NCBI GenBank assembly: GCA_035531675.1
Contig: DATKSL010000033.1
Span: 27,367 to 91,366 of the forward strand
Direction of reading: 5' to 3'
Source: Candidatus Binataceae bacterium
GTDB lineage: Bacteria; Desulfobacterota; Binatia; Binatales; Binataceae
Length of the DNA stretch: 64,000 nucleotides
A program made the position numbers and the translations under genes. Under the pieces are notes generated by a model, which saw only the letters and a list, made by a program, of their open reading frames with translations, made no database searches and was not told the DNA's origin. Of the stretch, positions 28,819 through 39,069 are shown in pieces (position 1 is the first letter of the stretch; the number at the start of each line of letters is the position of its first letter).

Positions 28819-29367
28819 ATGGGCGGGCGCTGGAGTGGGAGGATGAATTTGTCCAGCAAATCGAGTCCGGGTTGGCCGGGAGTACCAGGCCATCGAACCA
28901 CGAAATCATGGTTTCTTCGGGGCTGGCGAGTGACCGTTGCAGCGCTCGCGCTCGCCCTGTCGACCATCGCGACGCCGGGCCCTGCGGCATACGCGGCCGG
29001 CGCGGACGTGATTCGAGTCTCCGTGGTCGGGTTGCACAGCGATTCGGGGCGGGTCGTTTGTACGCTGTTTGATTCGCCGACGGGATTCCCGCGCGACGAT
29101 AGCAAGGCGCAGACCATCTCTGTCCCGATCGTCCATCACACCGGCACCTGCGATTTTCCGGTCTCGACGCGTGGGCGCTATGCGACGGTCGTTTTCCACG
29201 ACGAAAACGGCGATGGCAAGTTCAACACCAACTGGCTGGGGCTGCCGAAGGAAGGCTACGGATTTTCCAACGACGTCTCGATCTCCTGGCGTCCGCCGAA
29301 CTTCGACGAGGCGGCCTTCAACTTCGGCGGCGGCACGCAAAGCGTCACGATACACATCAGATACTGA
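28819..29367 (+). CDS. DUF2141 family secreted protein
   Basis: FHDENGDGKFNTNWLGLPKEGYGFSN signature; signal peptide. The exact start is uncertain. Confidence 0.6.
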   Translation: MGGRWSGRMNLSSKSSPGWPGVPGHRTTKSWFLRGWRVTVAALALALSTIATPGPAAYAAGADVIRVSVVGLHSDSGRVVCTLFDSPTGFPRDDSKAQTISVPIVHHTGTCDFPVSTRGRYATVVFHDENGDGKFNTNWLGLPKEGYGFSNDVSISWRPPNFDEAAFNFGGGTQSVTIHIRY

Positions 29368-29454
29368 ACGGAACCGCGACCGCGAACTACCTTCGATATG
29401 CGAACCGAGGGTATCGCGTATGACACTTCTACCAGCGGCGCCCGCGCTCGCGAT

Positions 29455-30531
29455 TCAAGGCTGCGGATGCTGCTGGGTCAGGCAGTGGACGGTGCCGAGT
29501 CCCCAAACCAGATCGATCGCGGGAACGCCAACCACCTGACGACCAGGAAAAAGCTTCCCCAATATTTCCTGGGCTTGTAGGTCGGCGGGGCAATCGAAGT
29601 GCGGCATTACGACCGCGCCATTGGCGATATAGAAATTCGCATATGATGCCGGCAGCCGCGTCCCGTCGTGATAGAGCGCCGGCGGCATCGGCAGCGTCGC
29701 GATTTTGAAGGCGCGGCCCTCGCGATCGCGCATCGCCTCGAGCCGTCGCAGGTTGTCGGCCAGCGGCCGGTAGTTATCGTCCGCCGGATCCGGTTCGACG
29801 ACCGTGACGATCGTGTCGGCGCTCACGAAGCGCGCCAGATCGTCGACGTGCCCGTCGGTATCGTCGCCGGCGATTCCTTCACCCAGCCACAGCACTTTCT
29901 CCGCGCCGAGATAGGTCGTCAGGTAGTCCTCGATCGCGACGCGCGTCAGGCCGGGATTACGATTCGGATTCAGCAGGCACTGCTCGGTCGTAAGCACGAG
30001 GCCGGCGCCGTTGACGTCGATCGAGCCGCCTTCCATCACGATTCCCGGCTCGATCACCTCGAAACCGAAGCGCAGGCCGAGCTCGCGCGGCACCACGTCG
30101 TCGAGCGTCCAGGGGCCGTATTTTTCGCCCCACGAGTTGAAGCGCCAGTCCAGCGCGATCTGGACGGGCCCCGCGCCGGCGCCGCGCCGGTTGATAAAGA
30201 TTGGGCCGTGATCGCGAATCCAGGAGTCGTTGGTCGCGACCGGCACGAACTGCAGCCGCTCGGCCGCGGCGGCGACGCCCGATTTCCCGAGCTCGGCCAC
30301 CACCATCGCCTGTGCCGCGGCCTGCGCCGCCGCATCCTGCACCAGGATTCGCACCGGCTCGAAGCGCGCGATCGCGGCGGCGAGCCGCGCGAAAGCCGGC
30401 GGGATACGTTCGAAGGTGCCGGGCCAGGTATCGCGGTTATGCGGCCATACCAGGTAGGTCGCCAGATGCGGCGCCCATTCCGCCGGCATCCGGTAGCCCT
30501 TCGTCAACTCGCGATGTCGAATCGGGATCAC
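29455..30531 (-). CDS. aguA: Agmatine deiminase
   Basis: GYRMPAEWAPH N-terminus, catalytic C near the C-terminus (GTVHCLTQQ). Confidence 0.85.
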   Translation of the reverse strand: MIPIRHRELTKGYRMPAEWAPHLATYLVWPHNRDTWPGTFERIPPAFARLAAAIARFEPVRILVQDAAAQAAAQAMVVAELGKSGVAAAAERLQFVPVATNDSWIRDHGPIFINRRGAGAGPVQIALDWRFNSWGEKYGPWTLDDVVPRELGLRFGFEVIEPGIVMEGGSIDVNGAGLVLTTEQCLLNPNRNPGLTRVAIEDYLTTYLGAEKVLWLGEGIAGDDTDGHVDDLARFVSADTIVTVVEPDPADDNYRPLADNLRRLEAMRDREGRAFKIATLPMPPALYHDGTRLPASYANFYIANGAVVMPHFDCPADLQAQEILGKLFPGRQVVGVPAIDLVWGLGTVHCLTQQHPQP

Positions 30532-30537
30532 GGCCGG

Positions 30538-31419
30538 CTAGAGCCGGAAGCGACGCGTCAGATCCTGGTAGGCGTCGATTCGCCGGTCGCGCAGGAACGG
30601 CCAGTTGCGCCGGGTCGTCTCGATTTCCGCCAGGTCGCATTCGACCACCATCGTCTCCTCGGCGTTATGGCTGGCGCGCGCGATCACCGCGCCGAACGGA
30701 TCGGCGACGAACGAGCCGCCCCAGAAGTCGAGTCCATCCTCGACTCCGACCCGGTTGACCGCCGCGACGAAAATTCCGTTGGCGATCGCATGGCCGCGCT
30801 GCACGGTCTCCCAGGCGTCATATTGGCGCCGGCGCACGCTCTCGATCTCCTGGAGATCCCAGCCGATCGCGGTCGGGTAGAAGATCATCCGCGCGCCGGC
30901 CAGCGCCACCAGCCGCGCCGCCTCGGGAAACCATTGATCCCAGCAGATCAGCGCGCCGATTCTGCCGCGCGCGGTCGGATGGGCCGTGAAATCGAGATCG
31001 CCGGGGGTGAAATAGAACTTTTCGTAGTAGCGCGGGTCGTCGGGGATATGCATCTTGCGGTAGCGGCCCGCCAGCCGGCCGTCGGCGTCAAGGATGACGG
31101 CGGTATTGTGATAGACACCCTCGGCGCGCCGCTCGAAGATCGAGCCGACCACCACCACCCTGGCTTTGCGAGCGATCGCCGCCAGCCGCTCGGTGGTCGG
31201 TCCCGGCACCGGCTCGGCGAGATCGAACGAGTGCGGGTCTTCGGTCTGGCAGAAGTAGCGCGAGCGAAACAGCTCGGGCAGGCATACGATCGTGGCGCCG
31301 CGCGCGGCGGCGTCCTCGATCGCGGCGACCGCGCGCGCCAGGTTGTCGTCGAGGCTCGGCCCACAGCTCATCTGGACCAGCCCGATCGAAATCCGATTGC
31401 CGTTGACGTCCATCGACAA
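30538..31419 (-). CDS. aguB: N-carbamoylputrescine amidase (CN-hydrolase)
   Basis: CN-hydrolase E-K-C triad context (ALICWDQWFPE); 6 nt upstream of aguA. Confidence 0.85.
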   Translation of the reverse strand: MSMDVNGNRISIGLVQMSCGPSLDDNLARAVAAIEDAAARGATIVCLPELFRSRYFCQTEDPHSFDLAEPVPGPTTERLAAIARKARVVVVGSIFERRAEGVYHNTAVILDADGRLAGRYRKMHIPDDPRYYEKFYFTPGDLDFTAHPTARGRIGALICWDQWFPEAARLVALAGARMIFYPTAIGWDLQEIESVRRRQYDAWETVQRGHAIANGIFVAAVNRVGVEDGLDFWGGSFVADPFGAVIARASHNAEETMVVECDLAEIETTRRNWPFLRDRRIDAYQDLTRRFRL

Positions 31420-31485
31420 GAACGCCGGCGGAACAATCCCGAAGGATTATCCGCCGGCGCAGTTTAGCGAGTTCGATGCGCTTGG

Positions 31486-32424
31486 CTACTCGCCGACAAT
31501 CCGGTTCTCGAGCACGCCAATCTTGGCGACTTCGCAGCGCACCACGTCACCCGGCTTCATGAAGAGCTGCGGGTTGCGGAACAGGCCGACGCCGCTCGGG
31601 GTGCCGGTCGAGACCACGTCGCCGGGTTCGATCGTCACGCATTCCGAGATGTAGTTGACCAGGTAGTTGACGTCGAAAATGAGCTGCTTGGTGTTCGAAT
31701 GCTGCACCCGCTCGCCGTTGAGGAAGCAGGAGATATCGAGCACGTGCGGGTCGGGAATTTCGTCCTTGAGCACCAGGTAGGGGCCCATCGGCGCGCCGTT
31801 CTCGAAGTTCTTGCCCATCGTCCACTGGCCGCGGCGCTGATAGTCGCGGACGCTGACGTCGTTGACGATCGTATAGCCGGCGACGTACTCGAGCGCCTTC
31901 TCTTTCGGTACGTGGCGGCCGCGTTTGCCGATTACGAACGCCATCTCGGACTCGTAATCGAGCTGCTTGGAGACCTTCGGATACTCGATCCCGTCGTCCG
32001 GATTGGTGACGCAGACCGCGCCCTTCATAAAGAAGGTCGGGTATTCGGGAATCTGGTTGCCGGATTCCTGGGCGTGGTCGCGGTAGTTGAGCCCGACCAT
32101 CAGCAGCTTGCGCGGCTGCGGAATAGGCGCCAGCAGCTTGACCGAATCGGCCGGGTAGGCGAGCGATTGTTCCTCGGCCGCACGCGCGCCGAGCTTGGCC
32201 ACGTAGGCCAGCGCCTCCTTGGCGGCGCCAATGGCGCGTTCGCCGCTGTCGAGGAAGCCGATGATATCGGACGGTACGATGGCGGCCGAGAGCTCGTCGG
32301 CGCGGGTCTCACCGCGCTCGCGCAGCATCATGCGATAGGCGGCATGCAGGTCGATCATCTGACCGTCGACCGGAGAACCGAGCAAAGGCGCCTGTTGTCT
32401 GAAGCGGAAAGTTGCAAGTCGCAC
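31486..32424 (-). CDS. Fumarylacetoacetate hydrolase (FAH) family protein
   Basis: FAH fold motifs (GLNYRDHAQE, YESEMAFVIG, GDVVSTGTPSGVG). Confidence 0.8.
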   Translation of the reverse strand: MRLATFRFRQQAPLLGSPVDGQMIDLHAAYRMMLRERGETRADELSAAIVPSDIIGFLDSGERAIGAAKEALAYVAKLGARAAEEQSLAYPADSVKLLAPIPQPRKLLMVGLNYRDHAQESGNQIPEYPTFFMKGAVCVTNPDDGIEYPKVSKQLDYESEMAFVIGKRGRHVPKEKALEYVAGYTIVNDVSVRDYQRRGQWTMGKNFENGAPMGPYLVLKDEIPDPHVLDISCFLNGERVQHSNTKQLIFDVNYLVNYISECVTIEPGDVVSTGTPSGVGLFRNPQLFMKPGDVVRCEVAKIGVLENRIVGE

Positions 32425-32559
32425 TGATTCTCACCTCCAGGGTGATTTTCGCCGGTCGCGGGCCGGATAGGCCGCGCCGCACGCGGAATTTAGATTTGCC
32501 TGATCGTCACGCACCGCGCGCAGTTTGTCAACGCGCGGCGCCCGCCCCGTATTCCTCGG

Positions 32560-33702
32560 CTACCAGAGCTTCTGCGACGCGATCCTGGCGCCTTCCGCCA
32601 GCGACTGCAGCTTCAACCATGCCACGTCGGCATCGACCCCCGACGATCCGACGAAGGTGGCGAAGCCGCAATCGGTGCCCGCGATGACGTTCTCCTTGCC
32701 GACGATCCGGGCGAACCGTTCGATACGCTGTGCCACCAGCCGCGGATGCTCGACATGATTGGTCGCCGTGTCGATCATCCCGGGTATCATTGCTTTGTCG
32801 GCCGGCAGCTTGAGCTGCTGCCAGACCTCCCATTCATGCTCATGGCGCGGGTTGGCGCCTTCGAAATAGATGAAGCCGGCGTTGGCCTTGAGCACCGGCG
32901 CGATGATCTCGCGCAGTTCGACATCCTTATGATGGGGGCCGACATAATTCCCCCAACACAGGTGCAGGCGCATTTTATCGGCCGGGAGGCCGCGGATAGC
33001 GTGATTCAACGCCTCGATCGCGAGCGGTACGTACTTGCTCATGTCGAGCGGTCCCTTGCCGTCGGTGAAGGCATGGGCGCGCATCGCCAGGTCCGGCGAA
33101 TCGAGCTGCAGATTGAAGCCGGCCTCGATAATCGCCTGGTACTCGAACCGCAGCGCTTCGCCGGCGGCCTCGAGGTAATCCTCGAGCGACCGGTAGTGGC
33201 GGTTTGGGAAATTGAAGGCTACTTGCCCGGGCGTGACCGCGCAGATGAACGCCTCGTCGGGGCTTTTGCCGGCCAGCGCGGCCTTGAGGTTTTCGATATC
33301 GGCCTTGACCGCGTTGCGATCGTTCACCGCGATCGGCCCGATGACCATAGGCATGATGATGTGCTGGCCGCCTTCGTCGCCGAAGTGCTTGGCCGCGACG
33401 CTGGGAAATTCCGCCAGGTCGGTGGCCATGAACTGGGCGCGTTCGGTGCCGAAGCCGGTGAAGCGCTGGATGATATAGTTGCTGAAGCCCGGCTTGCTCA
33501 TCTCGCCGTCGCTGACGATGTCGATCCCGGCGGCGCGTTGCTTGCGCACCATCTCGGCGACCGCCTCGCGGACGCGCGCTTTCAGCCGGGCGGCGTCGAC
33601 CGGCTTGCCGTCGAGCTTGTCGTACATCATATGGGCCAGGTCGTCGGGCCGCGGCAGGCTGCCGCCATGGGTGGTGAGGATACGGTCGATGCTGCGCTGC
33701 AT
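32560..33702 (-). CDS. Cobalamin-independent methionine synthase II (MetE-like) family protein
   Basis: LTTHGGSLPRP N-terminus, HLCWGN, C-terminal TDCGFA. Paralog of 25840..26958. Confidence 0.75.
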   Translation of the reverse strand: MQRSIDRILTTHGGSLPRPDDLAHMMYDKLDGKPVDAARLKARVREAVAEMVRKQRAAGIDIVSDGEMSKPGFSNYIIQRFTGFGTERAQFMATDLAEFPSVAAKHFGDEGGQHIIMPMVIGPIAVNDRNAVKADIENLKAALAGKSPDEAFICAVTPGQVAFNFPNRHYRSLEDYLEAAGEALRFEYQAIIEAGFNLQLDSPDLAMRAHAFTDGKGPLDMSKYVPLAIEALNHAIRGLPADKMRLHLCWGNYVGPHHKDVELREIIAPVLKANAGFIYFEGANPRHEHEWEVWQQLKLPADKAMIPGMIDTATNHVEHPRLVAQRIERFARIVGKENVIAGTDCGFATFVGSSGVDADVAWLKLQSLAEGARIASQKLW

Positions 33703-33961
33703 GGTCGGTCTCCTGCGAAGTCGGTCTGCCTGAATCAGGGCGCTCTTTTACACCCTAAAGACTCATGTTAAGTTTCAAACCTGGACGGATTCGCTCAAAG
33801 AGCTGAGATTTTTGATAGGTGAGGATCGCACGGTCAGGCTCGCAATGGCGGCCCCGGTCATTTCCGTCGGCTTGGAGTAATCACGTTTTTCGCGACTATC
33901 GCAACTTGCCTCCTCTAACACGTCCGGAAGTTCCGGCGCAATTTGCTCACCCCCGACACGT

Positions 33962-35800
33962 TTGAACATCTTAGGTATCTCCGCCTACTACCATGACAGC
34001 GCCGCGGCGCTGGTCAGCGACGGCGAGATAATTGCCGCCGCGCAGGAGGAGCGCTTCTCGCGCCGCAAGCACGATGCGCGCTTCCCGCGCCATGCTATCG
34101 ATTACTGTCTCAAGGCGGGCGGCGTCGCGCTCGGCGATCTCGAAAGCATCGTCTTTTACGACAAGCCGCTGCTGAAATTCGAGCGCCTGCTCGAAACCTA
34201 TCTCGGTTATGCGCCGCGCGGCCTGGCCTCGTTTATCACCGCGATGCCGGTGTGGCTCAGCGAGAAGCTCAACCTCAAGTCGCTGCTCAAGCGCGAGCTC
34301 GCGGCGATCGACGGCCGCCGCCCCGCCGAACTTCCGCCGATCCGCTTCACCGAGCATCACCAGGCCCATGCGGCCTCGGCTTTCTTCCCGAGTCCCTTCG
34401 CCAGGGCCGGCGTGCTGTGCCTCGACGGGGTCGGTGAATGGGCGACCACTTCGGTATGGCTGGGCGAGGGCAATCAGCTTACCCCCGCCTGGGAGATCGA
34501 CTTCCCGCATTCGCTCGGGATGCTCTACTCGGCGTTTACCTACTACACCGGCTTCAAGGTCAACTCGGGCGAGTACAAGGTGATGGGGCTGGCGCCGTAT
34601 GGCGAAGCGCGCTTCACCGATCTGATCCTCGATGAGCTCATCGACCTCAAGTCCGACGGCACCTTCCGGCTCGACATGGAATTCTTCAACTACGCGACCG
34701 GGCTGACGATGACCAACGGCCGCTTCGATCGCCTGTTTGGCGGACCGCCGCGCAAGCCCGAAAGCCTGCTGACGCAGCGCGAGATGGATCTCGCCGCCTC
34801 GGTGCAGAAGGTCACTGAGGAGGTGATGCTGCGGCTGGCGCGCACGGTGAATCGAGAGCTGGGCGTCGAGTACCTGTGCATGGCCGGGGGCGTGGCGCTC
34901 AACTGCGTCGCCAACGGGCGCATCCTGCGCGAGGGCCCGTTCCGCGACATCTGGATTCAGCCGGCCGCCGGCGACGCCGGCGGCGCCGTGGGCGCGGCGC
35001 TCGCCACCTGGCATCAGTATCATGGCAAACCGCGCGCGGCGCGCGAGGGCGACGCGATGCGCGGCGCATACCTCGGACCGTCGTTCGCGGCCGACGAGAT
35101 CGAGGCGGCGCTGGATGCGGCCGGCGCGCGCTACGAGAAGCTCGACGAGGCCGCGATGCTGGCGCGGGTGGCCGCGCTGCTGGCGGACAAGAACGTGGTC
35201 GGATGGTTCCAGGGGCGGATGGAGTTCGGGCCGCGCGCGCTCGGCGCGCGATCGATTATCGGCGATCCGCGCAGCCCCCGCATGCAATCGGTCATGAACC
35301 TCAAGATCAAATACCGCGAATCGTTCCGCCCGTTCGCACCGGCGGTGCTTGCCGAGCGGGTCGCGGACTGGTTCGAGCTCGATCGCCCGAGCCCCTATAT
35401 GCTGATCGTCGCCGGCGTGCGGCCCGAGCTGCGCCGCCCGCTAAGCCCCGAGCAGGAGCGGCTGTTCGGAATCGAGCGCCTCAACCTGCCGCGCTCGACG
35501 ATTCCCGCCGTCACCCATGTCGACTACTCAGCCCGCATCCAGACGATCCATCGCGAGACCAACCCGCGCTTCCATCGCCTGCTCGAGAACTTTGCGGCTC
35601 TCACCGGCTGCCCGCTGCTGGTCAACACCTCGTTCAATGTGCGCGGCGAGCCGATCGTATGCACGCCGGCCGACGCCTACCGCTGTTTCATGCGCACCGA
35701 GATGGACTACCTGGTAATCGAGGATTTTCTGCTGGCCAAATCCGCCCAGCCGAAGATCGAGCGCGACGACGCCTGGCAAAAGGAATTCGAGCTTGACTGA
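33962..35800 (+). CDS. Carbamoyltransferase, NodU/CmcH family
   Basis: (M)NILGISAYYHDSAAALV..., HHQAHAASAF, VMGLAPYGE. Apparent TTG start. Confidence 0.85.
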   Translation: MNILGISAYYHDSAAALVSDGEIIAAAQEERFSRRKHDARFPRHAIDYCLKAGGVALGDLESIVFYDKPLLKFERLLETYLGYAPRGLASFITAMPVWLSEKLNLKSLLKRELAAIDGRRPAELPPIRFTEHHQAHAASAFFPSPFARAGVLCLDGVGEWATTSVWLGEGNQLTPAWEIDFPHSLGMLYSAFTYYTGFKVNSGEYKVMGLAPYGEARFTDLILDELIDLKSDGTFRLDMEFFNYATGLTMTNGRFDRLFGGPPRKPESLLTQREMDLAASVQKVTEEVMLRLARTVNRELGVEYLCMAGGVALNCVANGRILREGPFRDIWIQPAAGDAGGAVGAALATWHQYHGKPRAAREGDAMRGAYLGPSFAADEIEAALDAAGARYEKLDEAAMLARVAALLADKNVVGWFQGRMEFGPRALGARSIIGDPRSPRMQSVMNLKIKYRESFRPFAPAVLAERVADWFELDRPSPYMLIVAGVRPELRRPLSPEQERLFGIERLNLPRSTIPAVTHVDYSARIQTIHRETNPRFHRLLENFAALTGCPLLVNTSFNVRGEPIVCTPADAYRCFMRTEMDYLVIEDFLLAKSAQPKIERDDAWQKEFELD

Positions 35801-36203
35801 GGATACCGCCAAACCCGTCTCACGTAAGGAGTTGCGCGACTTCGGCCTGATCGTCGGGGGCTTGCTCGCCGCGCTCTTCGGGCTCGGCCTGCCGTTGCTG
35901 AAGCATCGCGCCGTCCCGCTGTGGCCGTGGATCGTGGGCGTCGTGCTGGTGACGGCGGCGCTGGCTTTTCCGTCGGCGCTGCGCGGACCTCATTTTCTGT
36001 GGACGAAATTCGGCCTGGTGCTCGGCTGGATCAATCAACGCATCGTGCTGACGATAGTCTTCTATATTATTCTATTGCCTACCGGCCTGATCATGCGGGC
36101 GCTGGGGCGCGACCCGATGGCACGCGGCTTCGAGCCTGACCGCGAGAGCTATCGCGTCGCCAGCCGCCAGACGCCCGCAAGTTCGATGGACCGGCCGTTC
36201 TGA
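35793..36203 (+). CDS. Small membrane protein, possibly SxtJ-like partner of the carbamoyltransferase
   Basis: Overlaps the carbamoyltransferase stop by 8 nt. 136 aa with 2-3 TM helices. The SxtJ-like assignment is inference from this gene-pair arrangement. Confidence 0.45.
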   Translation: MTEDTAKPVSRKELRDFGLIVGGLLAALFGLGLPLLKHRAVPLWPWIVGVVLVTAALAFPSALRGPHFLWTKFGLVLGWINQRIVLTIVFYIILLPTGLIMRALGRDPMARGFEPDRESYRVASRQTPASSMDRPF

Positions 36204-36211
36204 TTTCGCGC

Positions 36212-36288
36212 GCGCCCGTAGCTCAACTGGACAGAGCATCGGACTTCGGATCCGAGGGTTGGGGGTTCGAATCCCTCCGGGCGCGCCA
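36212..36288 (+). tRNA. tRNA-Arg (anticodon TCG)
   Basis: GCGCCCG-TA-GCTC/AACTGGACA/GAGC-A-TCGGA/CTTCGGA/TCCGA-GGGTT-GGGGG/TTCGAAT/CCCTC-CGGGCGC-G-CCA. Confidence 0.9.
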
Positions 36289-36375
36289 AGTCCCGACGCG
36301 GGTTTCTGGCATTTCCGGGGCTTCCGGAGGGTCGTCTGACTCCCCGCTCTGACTCCCGGAAATTTTCCGAGAGCG
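36289..36375 (+). repeat. Repeat copy R1 (about 90 nt) directly downstream of tRNA-Arg
   Basis: GTCCCGACGC...TTTC..GGC..TTTCCGG...CGTCTGACnCCCCGCTCTGACnCnCCGGAAAT shared with copies at 41256..41340 and 43904..43985. Confidence 0.7.
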
Positions 36376-36488
36376 GTCGGCTAGCCGCCCGCCATCCCCC
36401 AGGAGCGTGACGCTCCGTGACGACCGGTGACAGTTAAGCCAAACTGGGCATGCCAATCGCTCGCTAAATCGGGACTGAGGGTTCAAAT

Positions 36489-37589
36489 TCATCTCGCTCC
36501 GCCGCCGAGTCTGCTCTCAGCGCCAGGGTCAGCGTGGTAATGGTCCTGCAGCGTCCGGCCTGGCGGATACACCTTGACGCTAACCCCGCCGGTAAGAGTG
36601 GCCTGGTTCGTCACGTAGATATATCCCCGCGAATCCAAAGCGATCCCTCGCGCATAGGCGAGACCGGTTCGGGGCCAATCAGCGATAACCGCACTTGGAC
36701 TCAAATTGCCTGAGCCCTTCAGTGGGTAAGCGGTGATGCTGTTGCCATAGAATGGATTGTGGATGTCGCCATTGTAGTTGGAAACGAAGATTCCGGCCGC
36801 GCTGGTGCTGCCGCTCGACGGCGGCACCACTAGCTTCACCGTCGTCGGCCAATGCGGCACCTTGATGTGCGCGTGGACGAGTCCAACCGCACCAGTAAAC
36901 CGCACCGTTCTGATTATTGAGAGCACTGGCACATATCGATCGCGCAGCGGCGGAGTATCAAAGGCCGACTGTATCGAACAGTCGCGCGGTGCGAGAATTT
37001 GGACGCCCCAATGAGCTGCAGCGCGTCCATGAGAGATGCATACAAAAGCCTCGGCCCCGGTCAACCGCAGAGGTTTGCACGAGCGGTCAAAGTCCGGGGG
37101 TATGGTAAAAATGGTATTAGCGTTGCTCGACGCACTTCCGTGGTTGACCAGGAACCGGAGCCAGAGTGTTCCGTTGGCGTCAAGCAAATCCACTATTGCG
37201 TCTGCGGCCGGCAGGCCGACACGCCGCGGATCGCGTTCCCGCACGTGCAGACCTGCGGGATATTCGGCGGGGTATTCGAAGGACAAGCCGGTCGCGGCGT
37301 TGCGATATCTCTTCCAGGCGCGAGGCTTGGCATGGACCACCGATGGGCCCAAGAGGACCGCGCTCAGCAAGATTAGAACCGCGAGCACCTCAAGAACGGC
37401 AATCACGAAGCCGTGCTGCGCGTCGAGGAGCAAAGCATTGGCCTCGGGCTGAGTTCCGTTAAGGTCTCGCCACTTGTCGGGGTTGCCGGGCGCCAAATCG
37501 CTTACTCTCCAATCTTCACCGCTCGGAACTCGCCGGTCTGTTCGTTCAGGGCTGTCAGCTGCATCACCCAGCCATCTTTCGGATAGCAT
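36489..37589 (-). CDS. Hypothetical membrane-anchored protein with NHL/beta-propeller-like repeats near the C-terminus
   Basis: 366 aa; one TM segment; GIALDSRGYIYVTNQ-type motif. The N-terminal start and possible 3' truncation are uncertain. Confidence 0.4.
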   Translation of the reverse strand: MLSERWLGDAADSPERTDRRVPSGEDWRVSDLAPGNPDKWRDLNGTQPEANALLLDAQHGFVIAVLEVLAVLILLSAVLLGPSVVHAKPRAWKRYRNAATGLSFEYPAEYPAGLHVRERDPRRVGLPAADAIVDLLDANGTLWLRFLVNHGSASSNANTIFTIPPDFDRSCKPLRLTGAEAFVCISHGRAAAHWGVQILAPRDCSIQSAFDTPPLRDRYVPVLSIIRTVRFTGAVGLVHAHIKVPHWPTTVKLVVPPSSGSTSAAGIFVSNYNGDIHNPFYGNSITAYPLKGSGNLSPSAVIADWPRTGLAYARGIALDSRGYIYVTNQATLTGGVSVKVYPPGRTLQDHYHADPGAESRLGGGAR

Positions 37590-37677
37590 TCTTCGATATC
37601 ACGAAGCCTCGCGAGTATGTCTTTCGCAACCGTAATGACGACGCGAAACTTCCCGTCACAGTGACGACGCGCCGCAA

Positions 37678-38718
37678 TTACATCGCGGCCGCGCGCAGCA
37701 CCGGGATGGTGCCGGCGCCGAAGTCGCGATACCAATGTTTCTGCTCTTCCGGCGCTGTCCCGCGGCCGAAAATCGCGGCAAAGTGGCCGGCTCCGGAGCT
37801 GCGACACTGCGTTACGATCTGCTCGGCGACGGCGGCCGGCGTGCCGGCGATAAACTCCTCGTCGCCGATCGAAAATGCGTGCGCCGTCGGCGAGTCGAGC
37901 AGCGCGGGACGCTCGGGCGTGTCGACGCGCGGATCGACCTCCAGAAACTTGCGGAACTCGCGCCGCTGCGTCGCCATGATCGACTCGGCCTCGCGGTCGC
38001 TATCAAGCATCGTCACCACGCGGCGCAGGCAAATGTCTTCCGCTCCCACCTTGCGCCCGGCCTTGTCGGCTTCGTCGCGATAGGCGTCGAAAATCTCGAT
38101 CACCTTGCTCTGCGGATGGAAGCCCGTGCAGATCTTGGCGCCGCGGCGCGCCGCCTTGCGCGCCGACGCGGTGCTCACTACGGTCACCCATTTCGGCGGG
38201 GAGGGCTGCTGCAGCGGGCGTGGCGTCAGGCGCAAGTTGTCGAAATTCCAGAACCTGCCGTGATGCGAAATCACAGGACTGACGAGCGCCTTATCGACGA
38301 TCTCGAGCGCCTCGTCGTTGCGGGCGCGGGCTTCTTCCACGCCCAGCCCGACCTGCGCCATTTCCTGCGGGATACCGGCGGCGGTACCGATCTCGAGCCG
38401 CCCGCCGGTGAGATGGTCAAGCATGCCGATTTCCTCGACCAACTCCCACGGCGAATGATACGGCGGCACCACGCCCATCACGCCGAGCCGGATCTTTTTG
38501 GTGCGCAGCGCGACGTTGGCGATCAGCAGGTTGGGCGCGGGCGAATAACTGAGGCCGAAATGATGCTCGCTGAAAAAGATGCCTTCGAAGCCGGCAGGCT
38601 CAGCACTCGCCCAGAGATCGAGATAGGCGTTGAAATACCGTTGCGAAGCGTCCGGATCGAAGTGCTGCACCAGCGCGTGCGGCGAGCCAAAAAATTCAAA
38701 GATCCACGGTTTGATCAT
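37678..38718 (-). CDS. LLM-class flavin-dependent oxidoreductase
   Basis: 346 aa; luciferase-like TIM-barrel motifs. Confidence 0.75.
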   Translation of the reverse strand: MIKPWIFEFFGSPHALVQHFDPDASQRYFNAYLDLWASAEPAGFEGIFFSEHHFGLSYSPAPNLLIANVALRTKKIRLGVMGVVPPYHSPWELVEEIGMLDHLTGGRLEIGTAAGIPQEMAQVGLGVEEARARNDEALEIVDKALVSPVISHHGRFWNFDNLRLTPRPLQQPSPPKWVTVVSTASARKAARRGAKICTGFHPQSKVIEIFDAYRDEADKAGRKVGAEDICLRRVVTMLDSDREAESIMATQRREFRKFLEVDPRVDTPERPALLDSPTAHAFSIGDEEFIAGTPAAVAEQIVTQCRSSGAGHFAAIFGRGTAPEEQKHWYRDFGAGTIPVLRAAAM

Positions 38719-39069
38719 CCGTCACTCCCAGCGATTTTGCCTCTTTTGCGGTCATTCCGGCGCGCGGCTGCCGTGCGAGGAATCCCGATCTGTTACCCTC
38801 TGGTCCTCGTGAGTCCAATCGATAATACCTGCGACCATTTATGACATAACTTCCAGAACCTGTTGCAATAAGCGAAACAAGCCGGTTCTGGGATTTATCC
38901 AGGATGAAGCGCAATTATCACCTGCTCTATAACCCCGAGAAAGACATCGCTGCCCGGGACCCGAAGGTCCCGCCACGCAGCTCATGTTCCCACGCGGGGT
39001 TACGGTTGTTTTGAGTTCAAGGGGCGGCTACCTTCGCACAATGATCCAAGGATCCCGGGAGGGCCAGCC

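Noticed and set aside
29668-31467. 599-aa plus-strand ORF
   Set aside because: Antisense to aguA and aguB, which have clear catalytic motifs.
33971-35287. 438-aa minus-strand ORF
   Set aside because: Antisense to the NodU-type carbamoyltransferase.
37502-37807. 101-aa minus-strand ORF between the LLM gene and the NHL-like gene
   Set aside because: Overlaps the 3' end of the LLM gene by 130 nt and the 5' end of the next gene in other frames. Only the last roughly 45 codons look protein-like and they contain no plausible start codon.
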